DNA of 64,000 nt from Bilabrum cf. latius (lineage: Eukaryota), in assembly GCA_965178125.1 (NCBI GenBank), contig OZ237745.1, positions 558,001 through 622,000 of the forward strand, read 5' to 3'. Numbering within the stretch: position 1 is the stretch's first letter; each line of letters opens with the position of its first letter. The translations under genes were made by a program, and so were the position numbers. Under the pieces are notes generated by a model. The model had not been told where the DNA came from and searched no databases. It saw only the letters and a program-made list of their open reading frames with translations. This document shows positions 11,599-23,514 of this stretch, piece by piece.

Positions 11599-13164
11599 TT
11601 ACATGAACATCCGCTGCATCCCAGCCGCGTACGCCATCGGACGGATAGGCGGATGGGACACGGCGCTGAACTGAGTAAACGTGGGCTTGCAGTCCTCGTC
11701 AAGGTGCACGATGGCCCCCTTGTTCCCCATCTGGTCGCAGTAGTTGGGCGCGCTGAACACCGTGATGCACTGGCCCCCGTGCTCCACCAGATACCCCTCG
11801 TCCTTCACCTCGTGGGATCGGATCAGCAGCTCCAGCCCGTTCGCCTCTAGGAAGGCCTTGGTGACGTCGGGCCCGAACTGCTTGCCAACCCCGCGCTTGG
11901 AAGGACCCCTTCCTGGGAACGGCTGCGGATCCGCCCACATGATGTCGCTCATGATGCCCCCGCCTTCCGGAGACTCCCTGAACCGATTGGTCTTCTCAAT
12001 GTCGGCTAAGGTCACGCCGTCCTCCGCAAAAATGCCCCCGTGCACCACCAGCACCTTGCCGCCGATGCATGCAGCCAGGGGCAGCTGCTGGAAGAGCGAC
12101 AGGAACAGCTCCATCACGTCCTTGTCGTACTTGTGCACCACCTCGCCCTGAAAGCCATACACCTGGGTCATCTGCTTCGACTCGTGGTTCCCCCGCAGCA
12201 TGTGGAAGTGCTCAGGGAGGGCCAGCTTGAAGCTGAGCAGAGCCAGGATGTTCTCCACGCTGAAGGAGCCTCTATCCACGTAGTCTCCGTTGAAGAGGTA
12301 GGGGTTGCCCGTGGAAGGCTTCCCGTTGATCTTGAACAGCTCGAGCAGGTCGTAGTACTGTCCGTGAGTGTCGCCGCACACGTTGAACCGCTTCTTGCCC
12401 TTGATCTTAGACTCGACCAGCGCCTCCTCGCCCTCCTCCCGCTTGCCCTCGCTGGCATCCCCGCCGCTGGCCGAGCTAGGGTGATCGATCCTGATCAGCG
12501 TGGGAAGGTCATGGAGCAATTTGTATGCCTGCTGCAAGATCTGCACCACGTAGCGCCTGTGCAGGTTCTTCTGCTTGCGCTGGTACTCCAGCAGCTCGTC
12601 CACGAATTCGAGGGTCACAGTCCCGTCGTCCGGAAGCCTTGGTCCATCGTAGGACGATGGGACCGCATCTGGTTCCTTCGAGGCCAATTTTTCAAACACA
12701 TCCATTGTGTGCTCCGTTCGGATGGCCTTCTCAAAGGCTGCGCGCTTAACTTGCTTGTCCGCCTCCGCCAGCCGTTCCTTGGCATCAGCATCCCCTGGAA
12801 TCCTCGCAACAACTGCACGGAAGCACTTGCGTGCATCCTTATACTTTGCAAGGGCCAAGTATGCAGAACCTTTGCGGTAATAAGCTTTCAAGTAGCCCGC
12901 GTCAAGGGCTAATGCGCAGTCTGCATCGGCTATCGCGCTCCCGAATGCCTCGAGCTTTAGGTTACACATGGATCGGTTCCCGTATACAGGGGCCGTTGGC
13001 TTAGCATCAATCGACTTGGAATAGCACTCAATTGCTTGCTGGAAATGGCCCTCTTTGTACAGCGAATTGCCTTTGCCCTTCCATTCCATCGCGAGGTCGC
13101 TACTAGTTTCGCTCACTGCTGCTGGTGCAGCAGGTGAGCCGCTAGACCCAGCTATAGATGCCAT
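11599..13164 (-). CDS. PPP5C: Serine/threonine protein phosphatase 5 (TPR + PPP catalytic domain)
   Basis: N-terminal TPRs; GDTHGQ, GDYVDRG, RGNHE and SAPNYC motifs; C-terminal HPPIRPMAYA. Ends TAA at the expected C-terminus. No in-frame TAG. Confidence 0.97.
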   Translation of the reverse strand: MASIAGSSGSPAAPAAVSETSSDLAMEWKGKGNSLYKEGHFQQAIECYSKSIDAKPTAPVYGNRSMCNLKLEAFGSAIADADCALALDAGYLKAYYRKGSAYLALAKYKDARKCFRAVVARIPGDADAKERLAEADKQVKRAAFEKAIRTEHTMDVFEKLASKEPDAVPSSYDGPRLPDDGTVTLEFVDELLEYQRKQKNLHRRYVVQILQQAYKLLHDLPTLIRIDHPSSASGGDASEGKREEGEEALVESKIKGKKRFNVCGDTHGQYYDLLELFKINGKPSTGNPYLFNGDYVDRGSFSVENILALLSFKLALPEHFHMLRGNHESKQMTQVYGFQGEVVHKYDKDVMELFLSLFQQLPLAACIGGKVLVVHGGIFAEDGVTLADIEKTNRFRESPEGGGIMSDIMWADPQPFPGRGPSKRGVGKQFGPDVTKAFLEANGLELLIRSHEVKDEGYLVEHGGQCITVFSAPNYCDQMGNKGAIVHLDEDCKPTFTQFSAVSHPPIRPMAYAAGMQRMFM

Positions 13165-13374
13165 AACAAGGTATTATATAATTGTGCGAATCGATGCAAT
13201 TCTTATGCAGCGTGTGCGGGTTATGCCACGAGCAGCGCTCTCCGTGGCAGCCGGCAAGTTCGCTGGTTTATGCGCGAAGGTTCGATCTGAGTCTGTAACG
13301 TGCAGTATGATTTGTGATCGGATCGAAAACCAACAGCAGTCAAACCGCCCTATATCTGGTGTATCGCGGTAACC
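13165..13374. promoter_or_regulatory. Probable bidirectional promoter between PP5 and RPS15
   Basis: 210-bp spacer between divergent start codons. No specific element identified. Confidence 0.5.
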
Positions 13375-14154
13375 ATGGTGAGCACAGTGCCAAATCACAA
13401 GCTATGTGTTTGAGTATATTTCAGTCATGTGTCAGCTTCTCGAATGGTTTCAACAGGCATCTGTGGCCAGTTGAAAGCCGACATGCCTCGGCTGGACGGT
13501 CGCAAAGCAGTACTGGACACGCCCATACCAGTCCGTTTTTGTTTTGGGAGATGCGTAGGCGTCAAATTGCGAGCATTATTGTAACTTGCTGCATCATGTC
13601 GTGATGCATGGTCCGCGAGACTCGTTGCACCCAGGAATAGCTGGTCCTAACCAATCGTCCACGGCATGATCCCTTCAATTTTATGAATTTCGCAGGCTGA
13701 GCAGGCTCGCCGCGTTCCTTTCAAGGTAGATACCTTCAAGGGTCTTGATATTGCGAAGTTGGAGGCGCTGCCCCCGGCCGACTTGCTGAAGATGCTTCCC
13801 TCTCGCCAGCAGCGCCGGTTCCGCCGCAACAACCGCCCCGAGAAGACTGAGTACGAGAACAGGTTCCACCGCAAGCTTTTGAACATGCTGACCAAGATCA
13901 GGAAGGCCAAGAAGGAGGCCCCCGAGGGTGAGAAGCCAGCTGTGGTGAAGACCCACCTGCGCAATGCGATCATCCTGCCCGAGATGGTGGGCAGCGTGAT
14001 CGGTGTGCACAACGGAAAGGTTTGGGGTATCGTGGAGGTGAAGCCCCAGATGATCGGCAAGTACCTTGGCGAGTTCTCGATCACTTACAAGCCGACCCTG
14101 CATGGCCGCCCCGGGCTTGTTGACAAGATGACGCGCTTCATCCCCCTGCACTGA
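13375..14154 (+). CDS. RPS15: 40S ribosomal protein S15 (uS19)
   Basis: ATG-only first exon 13375-13377, intron 13378-13695 (gtgagc...ttcgcag), exon 2 13696-14154. Motif VVKTHLRNAIILPEMVGSVIGVHNGK...MIGKYLGEFSITYKP. Ends TGA. Confidence 0.95.
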
Positions 14155-14388
14155 GTGCTTGGCTGCCTAGCTATGGCACCAAACGGTTGATAAATAGGAA
14201 TGGCGGCGGGCATCAGTATGGTGACTGGTGCTGACGAATTGGCTGGATTTTTTGGAAGGCTGCGGCATGGCTCGTAACCAACTCCGAAGTGACTTGAGAG
14301 TGTACGGACGAGCTTACAGCAGCTTGCATTTCATTTCTGTTCATGGGGATTCGCCAAACGCTGTGAAGCGCTAGACACTGGTCATGTT

Positions 14389-17300
14389 TCAGACCTGGTC
14401 GTCGTCGTCGTCCTCCTCCTCCTCTTCCTCCGCCTCGCCCGGTTCATCCACCTGGCCGCCAACAGCGACTTCCTTCTGCTCGCCCTGCGCCTGGCCCTCA
14501 TCCTGTGAGACCCCCGGCTAGGCTGGCTGCTCTCCTTGCCCTTGCCCTTGCTGCTGCGCAGCCCCTCCTTCCTCATCGCCGGCGGCTGGCTCTGCCGCCT
14601 AGGGCGCCGGCGGCACCGCTGGCCCGCTGTCTGCTCCAGCCCCTTCTCCTTCCCCTTCGTCTCCCCAGCGCTGCCCCACGGGATCCCCGCCCTCATCGAG
14701 CACCCCCAGCACCAGGTCATCCGGGATGGACCCGAACTCCTGCTCGTCCGTCCCCAGCGCCTCGAAGTGACCCGTCTCGTGCGCGAACTGCACTCCGCGC
14801 AGCCCTCGCACAACGTCGGCGCCCAGACCGCCAATCCTGCCACCGTCTGCGGCGTAAGGGGCCCACATCCCCTCGGGCAATTCCATCTCGAGGGGGTCCT
14901 TCCCGGCCTCGGCGGCCTCCTGGGCGAGCTTGCTGAACGCCTCGGTGGCTTCGGCCACGCTCTGCCCTTCGGGGGGCAGCACCGGGGATGTGTTGAACTG
15001 CTCCACCAGCACCTTGCCAAGAGCCTCTACAAGGCCGCGGGCATGCATGGCGCGGTGCCTAACGGCCTCCCGCCGCGCAGCCGAGCTGGACGGATTGGCC
15101 AGGAGCAGCCTCTGCATGAGAGAGACAACCTTGAAGGACAGCTCGGGTGGGGGCATCCCATCGTCGCCCCCGTCCTGACCGCCACCCATCAGCACGGCCA
15201 GGGCGGCATCTAGAGCCCCGTCCCTCACCAGCATCATGGTGCGGGCCTCGGTGACATCGTGGTGGCCCCCGATGCAGAGGAAGGCGAGGTACTGCAGCGA
15301 GAGGCTGCGGATCGAAGCGTGTGGGCTCTCCACAGCCATCTTGATCGCGGCCTTGTGCGAGCCCGCAAGGAGCTGCCTCCCTGCCGCCTCGCTGGGCGCG
15401 TTGCTGGAGCCCAGAAGGGCCCTGCACAGGACAGTCATGCCCCTGTCAGCCACCTCAGGGATGCGGTCGCCCATGGTGGCTATCAACCTGCCCAGGTGCT
15501 CGATCCCGGGAGCCCGCGTGATGGCGTTCCTGGCTTTGATCTTCTCGGACTCCTCGGCCCCCTCCTCTTCCTCCTCCTCCGCCTCTGCATCGTCGATGTT
15601 GGACGCGAAGTTCAGGAGGGTCACCAGCAGGTAGGACAGCCGGTCGTCGGACACGATCTGGGGACACTGCACCAGCTTGCCGGCTGCCTCGGGCATGCCG
15701 CCTTCGATCAGCTGCTGGATGCGGAGCAGCACCTGGGGGTCGCTTGTGTCTCCGAGGAGGGTGGCAGCTGACTGCCGCATGAGGGCCTCGATGGTGGCGC
15801 CCTGCACGATCAGCTGCACGGGCCTGGGCTCCTTGAAGGAGGCAGAGGCAGCGGCGGTCTTGTTGCTCCCGCTGGCCGCCGCCTCTCCTGCCGCCGCAGC
15901 GGCCTTGTTGTCCTTGGGCTCCGCCACTTCTCCTTTCTGTATGGCATCCGCTGCTTCGGCCTCCTTCTGCTCCTGCTCTTGCCCCTCTGCGTCAAGGTAC
16001 CTGGAAGCTCTCAGCATGGCGCGAGCCATCGCGGTGCCGCCGCCCATCTCGGCCAGCTTCACGCGGAGCCCCTCGGAGGCCTCCTCGCTCTCGCTCGCCA
16101 GGAAGCGCTGCACCATCGTGGCACCGTAGAAGTAGGCCGCGTCCTTGTCCGGCGGGTACGTGTTGAGGGCACGCACGCACAGGTCCATGGCTCCCAGGTC
16201 GGACACCCGAGCGCACTGCTCCTGCATGCGGGCGGAGTCGGGGCCGATCATCAGGAAGCCCAGGGCCTGCAGGGCCGCGCCCATGCCGCCCCCGCCCATA
16301 TCGAACTGGTGGTCGAGCTTGTTGGCCACCCGGATGAGTGAGGGCACGAGCTGCTCGATGCCCATGATGGTCTGCACCCGCCTGTCGAGCTCCTCGCCCC
16401 CGCCCTCCAGGCTGTTCGAGATGGCCTTGCCCTGCAGCTGGCAAGCCATTGGGATGAGCTTCTGCTTGAGAGACATGCGCAGCTGCAGCGACTCGATGAT
16501 GCCATCGTCGGGCACGGGCTTGTCATCGGGCGCGCTCTTCGGTCCGCCGCTCTTCACCCACCGGTCCACGGCGTCTCTGAACTCGCCCGTGGCTGCCTCT
16601 GCGTCCGCCAACAGCTCCACGAACAGCTGGGAGAGCTTGGGAAGGGCGCGCAGCAGGCGTCCGTTCACGAACGACTCCGAGTCCTCCTTGCAGAAGATGC
16701 TCGAGATCCTCGACACCAGCGTGCAGATGGCACCCATCACGATGGGATCGGTGAAGAACTCCTCCCGCTCGCACTCGAGAAGGTCCGCCACAGTCTCGTC
16801 CGCCTTGCACGCAACCAGAGCATCTGCGGCGGGGCCCCGTGCATCGGGAGTGAACACGCTCATGAATGCCAGCCCCTGGGCCAACGCGTACACTGCCCTC
16901 ACGTCGTTGTCCTTGCCGCCCTCCCTCTCCTCCGATGTGCCCTGGATCACCTTGTGGAGGCATCTGGAAAGGATCGGCACCCAGCCGGCCTTGCACGCCG
17001 CATCGATCCGCCTCGAGAGCTTGGGCCCGCCGCCCAGCAGCATGATGCTGGCGCTGTGTCCGACCCTCTGCCAGATGCGCTCGCTGAACTTGGCCTTGGG
17101 CTTGTTCTCGCCCTGCCCGTCCTCGCCCTCTTGCTCCTCCTCGTCCTTGCCGAGGTCCCTCGCAGTCGTGCCCAGGGCCTCGATGAACCCCGCCGCCTCC
17201 AGTCGATCCAGGATGGCCTCATCGGCCTCCTTGGGCAGGTTTAGCCGCTCCAGGATCCTCTGAATCCCCGCGATGGCGTTGTTGAGCGCCTGCCAGTTGT

Positions 17301-19158
17301 TCCCCGACGCTCTCATGAGCTCGATCCCCAGCTCCAAGAAGCCAAGCTCCACCATCTTGTCCCTCCTCGGGAGCACCTTGTCGTCGGGGCCCAGGGTCAT
17401 CTTGGCGCTGAACATCGCGAAGGGGTACGTGGCGCGCTGCTCCGCGGCGTGGTGCCGGATGACCTTGGCCACATGCTCGCCGGCCACCTCGAGAGCCTGG
17501 CTCCGCCTCTCATCCCCGGAGCCCTCCCCCTTGCTGTCGGCCTCTGGCATGTCAGCGGTGCAGTACGACAGCAGCAGGATCGCGTCACCCGCCGTGGAGG
17601 GCTCAGCAAAGGACAGAGACTCGTCCGCCAGCACGTCGGCCGCCAGCTCGATCCCTCCCTGGGCCGAGGCCTTCTCGCACCGCGCGATGAGGGGAGGCGA
17701 GAGAGTGCCGGTCAAGATCTCAAGCACCACGCGGACCACTCCGCCGGCCGCCTCTGGCCGCCTGCTGAGGCGCTTGATCTGCGGCCTCATCTTCTCGATG
17801 ATGGCGTACTTGTCGAGGAAATCGTCCCTCCTGCGGCCCTTGGTCTCATCGTCGCCCCACTGCAGCCAGCGAGTGCAGAACTCGCTCGTGCCCATGATCA
17901 CCCCCGGCTCCGCCTCGGGGTTCTCCAGCTGCTCCACGACCATGTCCAGCAGGCCGCTGTCTTCGAACACGGCAGTTTCGGCAAGCACAGTGTGCTCGCT
18001 GTCCGAGAACCCCGTGCAGATGGACATGACGTGCATGCTGTCTCCGAAGATCCGCACCTTCCTGAACTCCTCCGACTCGTCTACCTTGCCATCCACACCC
18101 TCGGCAGATGCGGCCGCGGCCACCCTGGTTCCATCAGACTCGTCCGCGGACTGCAGCATGCGAAGGCTAGAGTAGAAGCACGCCTGGGACACATCCAGGG
18201 CGCCCCAGGTGCGGAGGCGCTTGGACACGGCGTCGGCGGGAGCCATCCCCCCGTTGTCTTTCTCAGTCTCGTCCCTCCTCGTCCTGAGGGAGAGCTCGCA
18301 GAGGGACGCGAAGGCCCCCGCCAGCATCTCCTCGGTGTGGATCACGGACCGGAAGGCGCCGACGAAGCCCTCCGTTAGGTCGTCCACGCCGGCGTCCGCC
18401 ATCTCGGCCGCCTCTTTCTTCCCCTTTGCCATGTTGAAGCAGACGTGCACCAGCGGCCGCATGGTGGCGAGCAGCTCGCGGGCCCCTTCGGCGAGGCCAG
18501 CGGCCTCCCCCTCCCCCTCGCCCGTCTTGCTGGCCTCCTCGTGGGCCTGCTGCGCCTCGATCGCGAGATCCAGCAGCTGCTGCTGCGTGCTGATCGCCAG
18601 CAGATGTACCTGCGATTCCGAAAAGGTCTTGTACGACTCTGTTTCGTCCGGGATGCGGCTAAGGGCCCACAAGCAGAGGCCCAGGCCCTTCACAAGCTTG
18701 CGATAGTGTGACCGCAAGGTAATCGCGGCTTCCTTCTCGCTGCTCTCCTCGTCAATGACATCGCACGCAGGAGCCATGGCCTAGTTTAGTGCAGCCATCA
18801 GTGGCGGGACGACATTCTCATCCCCTGCAGTGAACGTCCGGTACATACCGTCAATGTCGCCCCACTGGCCAGCCTGCACCCTCTGAAGCGCACCGCCGAG
18901 CTTAATCAGCTGTGTTGCGGTCTCGCCCACGGTCTCAACGGTACACTCTGTCTCTCCCGAAGCAAGCTTATTGATAGACTCAATGAGGGCGTCTTCGAAG
19001 CAAACCTTCCTCATCATATCCACGGTTGGGTCCAGCTCGCGTTCCTCCTCGGTTGTGGTGTACGGGCGCATGGCCTCAATGCCATCTCCCTTGATGATTG
19101 TGATTGTCTCATCTCCAATTTCCATTACGGTGCTGTCGGATCCAGCAACACCTGCCAT
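14389..19158 (-). CDS. Large ARM/HEAT-like helical-repeat protein (~1,589 aa) with an acidic tail
   Basis: One frame from ATG 19158 to TGA 14389, joined through TAGs at 18781, 14599 and 14518. Amphipathic-helix repeats such as ELGFLELGIELMR and DLGAMDLCVRAL. Confidence 0.75.
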
Positions 19159-19352
19159 CTCGCACTGCTGCGCGAATCTTTGTGCCGGATCTTGAGTTTC
19201 GTGCCGCCGGGCAACTTGTGGACAGTTCTGCAAATTGAAACCGGAACTGGTACTTCGACGAAAGAACAGTGCCCACATATTTTTGGGCCAAATTGGTGAC
19301 AAAATGCGAAGCAAATAAGCTGCTGACTGCCCACACGGGCACACCGAGACAC

Positions 19353-22300
19353 TCAACCAACAACCACCCCATCTAGCACGAACTTGGGCACGAAGCAGTG
19401 CAGCACCTCGCTCGGAAGGGCGAGCACCTCGCAGATGTGCACGAGCAGCATCGCGAGGACGCCCACCTCGTCCGGCAGCTGCCCAGGGTTGCGACCGGTA
19501 AGACTCGCGTGCGTGATGGAGCGCAAGTGCTGCCCCAAGTACCCAAGAAACTTCGACGTGTTCCGGGGGTGCAGCTGCCGCAGCACCGTGGCAAGCCCCA
19601 CGGCCATCGCATACCCGTCCGTGCCCCCCGCCGGGGACTGGGCCGCCAGCGAGCCGAAGTCAGGGTCGTGCCGCAGTGCGGGCGCCTCCCGAATGGTCAG
19701 CACGGCAAGGAACAGAGGGAAGAGGGGCTGCGGCTCCACCAGCAGGTAGATCTTCTCGCAGGGGTCCGCCAGCCCAGAGGCCTGCAGGTGCCTCGAGAGC
19801 TCGGGCAGAAGCGGGGAGGACGGGTCCGGGTACGGCTTCTCCTCGCTTCTGTGGTAGTGCTGCCTCACGTCGCTGATTACCGCACCGCTGAGGGCAGAGA
19901 GGGATCCGTGGAGCAGCTTGGAATCCAGCCGTGCAGCGAACCTCAGCTCGTGAGCCAGCCTCCTCCGTACCAGCTGCAGCTGGCCCACCTCTAGAAGATA
20001 CTGCCGCATGGGCTGCAACCAGCCCCCCAGCTCGCCCCCTAGTTGGTCGAACGCCGAGTGCCCCGCGGGCACCAGCTTGCTCAGCGGCTCCAGCTCCTTG
20101 GCCACCTACCTGAGCATCGCCCTGCCACGGGCAGGCACCGCCCCACGCATGGCCAGGCTCCCGTCACCGGCGTACGTCTGCACGGCCATGGAAAGCACCC
20201 GTGCCACGCGGAAAGCCACCACCCTGTCGACCGCAGCCACCCCCGCCACGCCCAGGCCCTCCCGCAAGGAGGCGAAGGCCCTCAGGCCCGCCCTCTCCGT
20301 GCCGTCTCGCAGGAACCAGCCAGCGTGGTTTGGGGAGAAGGTCGTCCGGTCGTACCGAGTCATGTCCATGAGCGTCGTCACCACGCGGCCCAGGAAATTG
20401 GTCCCGCCAACCGGTCCCCTCGGGCTGCCTGCCCCCGCGGCGGCTCCCTTCTTCGGGTCGGCTGCGGGTGCGACGGCTCTGGAGACCAAGAAGGGGATCG
20501 GCACTGCCTCCGACTGGAACCGGCTGTCCCTGGGAGCCACCTTCTTCCGCAAGTATCGGTTGGCTTCCTGTTCCGCGTAGTACGACATGATTCTGGCGAA
20601 CTCCTGCTGCCACAGGTGCAGCCCCTTGATCCCGATAAAGTCCTAAATGTACTCGAAAGAGGACCGAAGCCCATCCAGCCGCTGCTTGGCCTGTGCGAGG
20701 CACTCCATCAGCGGCGGCGCCGGCGGAACCGGGTCTGCTTCCCCGGCACCCGAGGAGGCCCCCCGCTTGCTCTTGATGGGCTTGCCGTCAGGGCCCAGTG
20801 GCGGTCCCACCGGGATGGCCAGCGGCAGCAGCGCCGCATCCAAGGCCTTGCACACGTGGATGACCAGCTGCTTGCGCACGCCGTCGTTGAGGATGCGCCT
20901 CGGCTTCACGCGGATGATCCCGAGGAGGGTCTCCTCCTGCGCCAGCACGCCCTGCGTGAACACGCTGATCTCGTGCGTGAGCAGGGCCAGGTTGTACCTG
21001 AGCCTCGGCTGGGCCACCTTGGGCAGGTCATCCAGCTCCAGCCGCGCCGGCAACACCTTCATGTGCTCCGTCTGCAGGGCCACCACCCGCCTGAGCTTCT
21101 CAAACACGGTGATGGGGACGATGTCCATGACCTTGCGCAGGAACACCACCAGCTTGGTGCTGTAGTGCTGCGCCACGGAAGGCGCATCAGGCGAGTCAGA
21201 CTCGGTGACCCTCACCAGCGGCACGTCCAGCACGCTAGCCAGCTTGAGGAACGTGGCCCTGAGCTTGTCCACCGCTCCGGGATCCTTCTAGATGCGCCTG
21301 TGCATGAGGGGGATGAATTCGCCCATGACCCCCCACGCGTAGGCAAGGTCGGCCACCACCATGAGGTGCTGCATCTGGTGCTCCTTCACGTTGAGCAGCC
21401 GGATCAGCTGCTCCAACTCTGCCCGGATGACCCTCAGGTACTCCATGCAGGTGGTGGACGTTTCCACCGCCTCCATCTCCTCCACGTCGGTCAGGCCCCG
21501 GATCAGCCTCTGGATCTTGCGGCCCGCCAGGGTAGGATCGTCGAAGTTGAGCGCCGCCACGCGAGCCGCCTGCTCCGAGAAATGCTCCTGCAGCTCCTCG
21601 TCCTCCTCCACACGCCGCAGCCCGGACGTGCCACTGAAGTGCAGCGACAAGTCATTCAGCATGTCCTCGCAACGGGCTTGCCCAGCCGCCCACCGTTCCT
21701 GCCTCGAGTCCAGCAGCTGCCTCATCAAACCCTTGAGCCTGAATTCCAGCGAGGCCGTGCGCAGCAGGAAGTCCAGCAGCTGCGGGGCCGTCGGACTGCT
21801 CTTGCGCACCACGTCCCGCAGCCCAGCAGAGGCCGTGTTGCGGTGCAGCAGGAACCACCGCAGCGACGTGTTGCACTTGCGGAGCGTCGTCATGATGACC
21901 GGGAGCTTCGCCGCGACAGTGGCCTCCGACAGCTCTCCCTCCGCCAAGAGTCCATCCAGCTCGGCGCTGCCTGCTAGTGCCTCCCCATGGTGAAGCCGTG
22001 CGAGTGCAAGGGCCCGCTTGGGGCCAAGGTCGGCCCCTTTCAAAGCGGCTACAGCCGCTGGGTAGGCCGCCCATTCGATGGTGAGGTCGATCGTGAGTCC
22101 CATGTACACGGGAATGACCCAGTTGTCTGCGAAGAACCTGTCGACGAGGGCGCGCATGGTGGGGACCTCGCTGTGGAGGGTGCGGGGGGCCAGGTACAGG
22201 CAGGCCCACACCATGCCGGCCTGCTGAGCCAGTGCGAATGACTGGTGCTCCGGCAGAGGGTAGGCTCTCTGCAGCTGGTAGACGTCGTCAGACCTCAGGC

Positions 22301-23108
22301 GACCCATAAGCTTGGCAATGATGGGCTTGGGCATGTCAAAGCGGGCAAAGTATGCCTCGGGGTACTCGGGCGGGCGCTTCTGAGCTCCAGGGCGGTACCC
22401 CGTGTCTCGGCACAGGAGCATCACGTCCTCGATGCTAGTCACGCTGCCCTCCCCCTTGAGCCTGTAGTGGGCCACCACGATGCGCTCGCGCACGGGTCCC
22501 GGAACCCTCCTATCTAACAAGATGAGCATCACACACATCATGAAGAATGCCTCGCACAACAGCTGCTTGCCGTCAGCATGCAGAAACACGCCCTCCGTTG
22601 TGTGCGAAATGTAGAATCCCCGATCAAGGTTGTCCAAATACTCCTTGAACTCGTCAATCCACCTATGTACCGCCTCAAACAGAAGGTAAAACCGTTCAAG
22701 CAGCGGCCCGTGGCTCTCGTTGCACTCGTCGTCAAGATCGCTGAACGCAGGATTGCGACTGACCTTCGTATCGTACATATCTGGCTCCTAAAAATATCGA
22801 AAGTCAAAGAGGATCTCCTAGAACTTTTGCACCTGGACCCTGTCCTCAGGCCGGCTCGCAAATTGGGCCAAGAAGGGAGAAGGGATCGCGTCGGCCAGCC
22901 GCGAAATTTCAGCGATGATGCTGGACGCCTGAGATACGAGTTGCAGCAGGGTCATACCGCACTAATTGTTAGGGGCCATCAGATCGGCCTCAGCCTCCTC
23001 ATCAATAAGCTTCAGTCTTCGACGGGCACGCTTGCGCTTTTCATCCGCAGAGCTATGCACGATGATTGCCGTTGACGAAGGGCCAGTTCCTGCTCCGGAC
23101 GCCGCCAT
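19353..23108 (-). CDS. WASHC5: Strumpellin, WASH complex subunit 5
   Basis: Motifs NN.CGMTLLQLVS, ILFDFRYF, GKQLLCEA, RERIVVAHYR, GRLRSDDVY, VDRFFADNWVIPVYMG, KLRATFLKLAS and SFEYI[TAG]DF. One frame through TAGs at 22962, 22818, 22788, 21288, 20643 and 20106. Ends TGA. Confidence 0.95.
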
Positions 23109-23514
23109 TGTAGCAGCCGTTTGAATATTGGTACAATAGACCCGAGTGTCTCGGAATCTATAAATTAGGAGGGGTGGCCGAGCACAAGTTTCCGATACGC
23201 ACATGTCCAGGACATCAATCCAGATTCCTACAATGAACACGCTACAAATCGCAAATTTGGCGTTTGGGACGTCCACAGATGCTTATTTGGGGATTATTTG
23301 GGGTTTATTTGGGGATTCTGCGACACCGCAGCACCACGCAGCTGTTCGCCTGGCAACTCCACGTCGTCGAGAATGGCATTCACCTGTACCAGTGCTACAA
23401 AATTTCAATTTGTTGAGAAATTATTTTGCTCATCTGTCAGCTCGAGCGGCGTGAGTCCCACCCAGCAGTTCGTGCCCGCACAATAGGACACAGCACGGGC
23501 CACAGGCCACGCCC

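Noticed and set aside
20043-21977. Long antisense and alternative-frame ORFs (for example 20043-21977 +, 3340-4566 -, 32274-33629 +)
   Set aside because: These are shadows of GC3-rich genes on the opposite strand, with no recognisable motifs.
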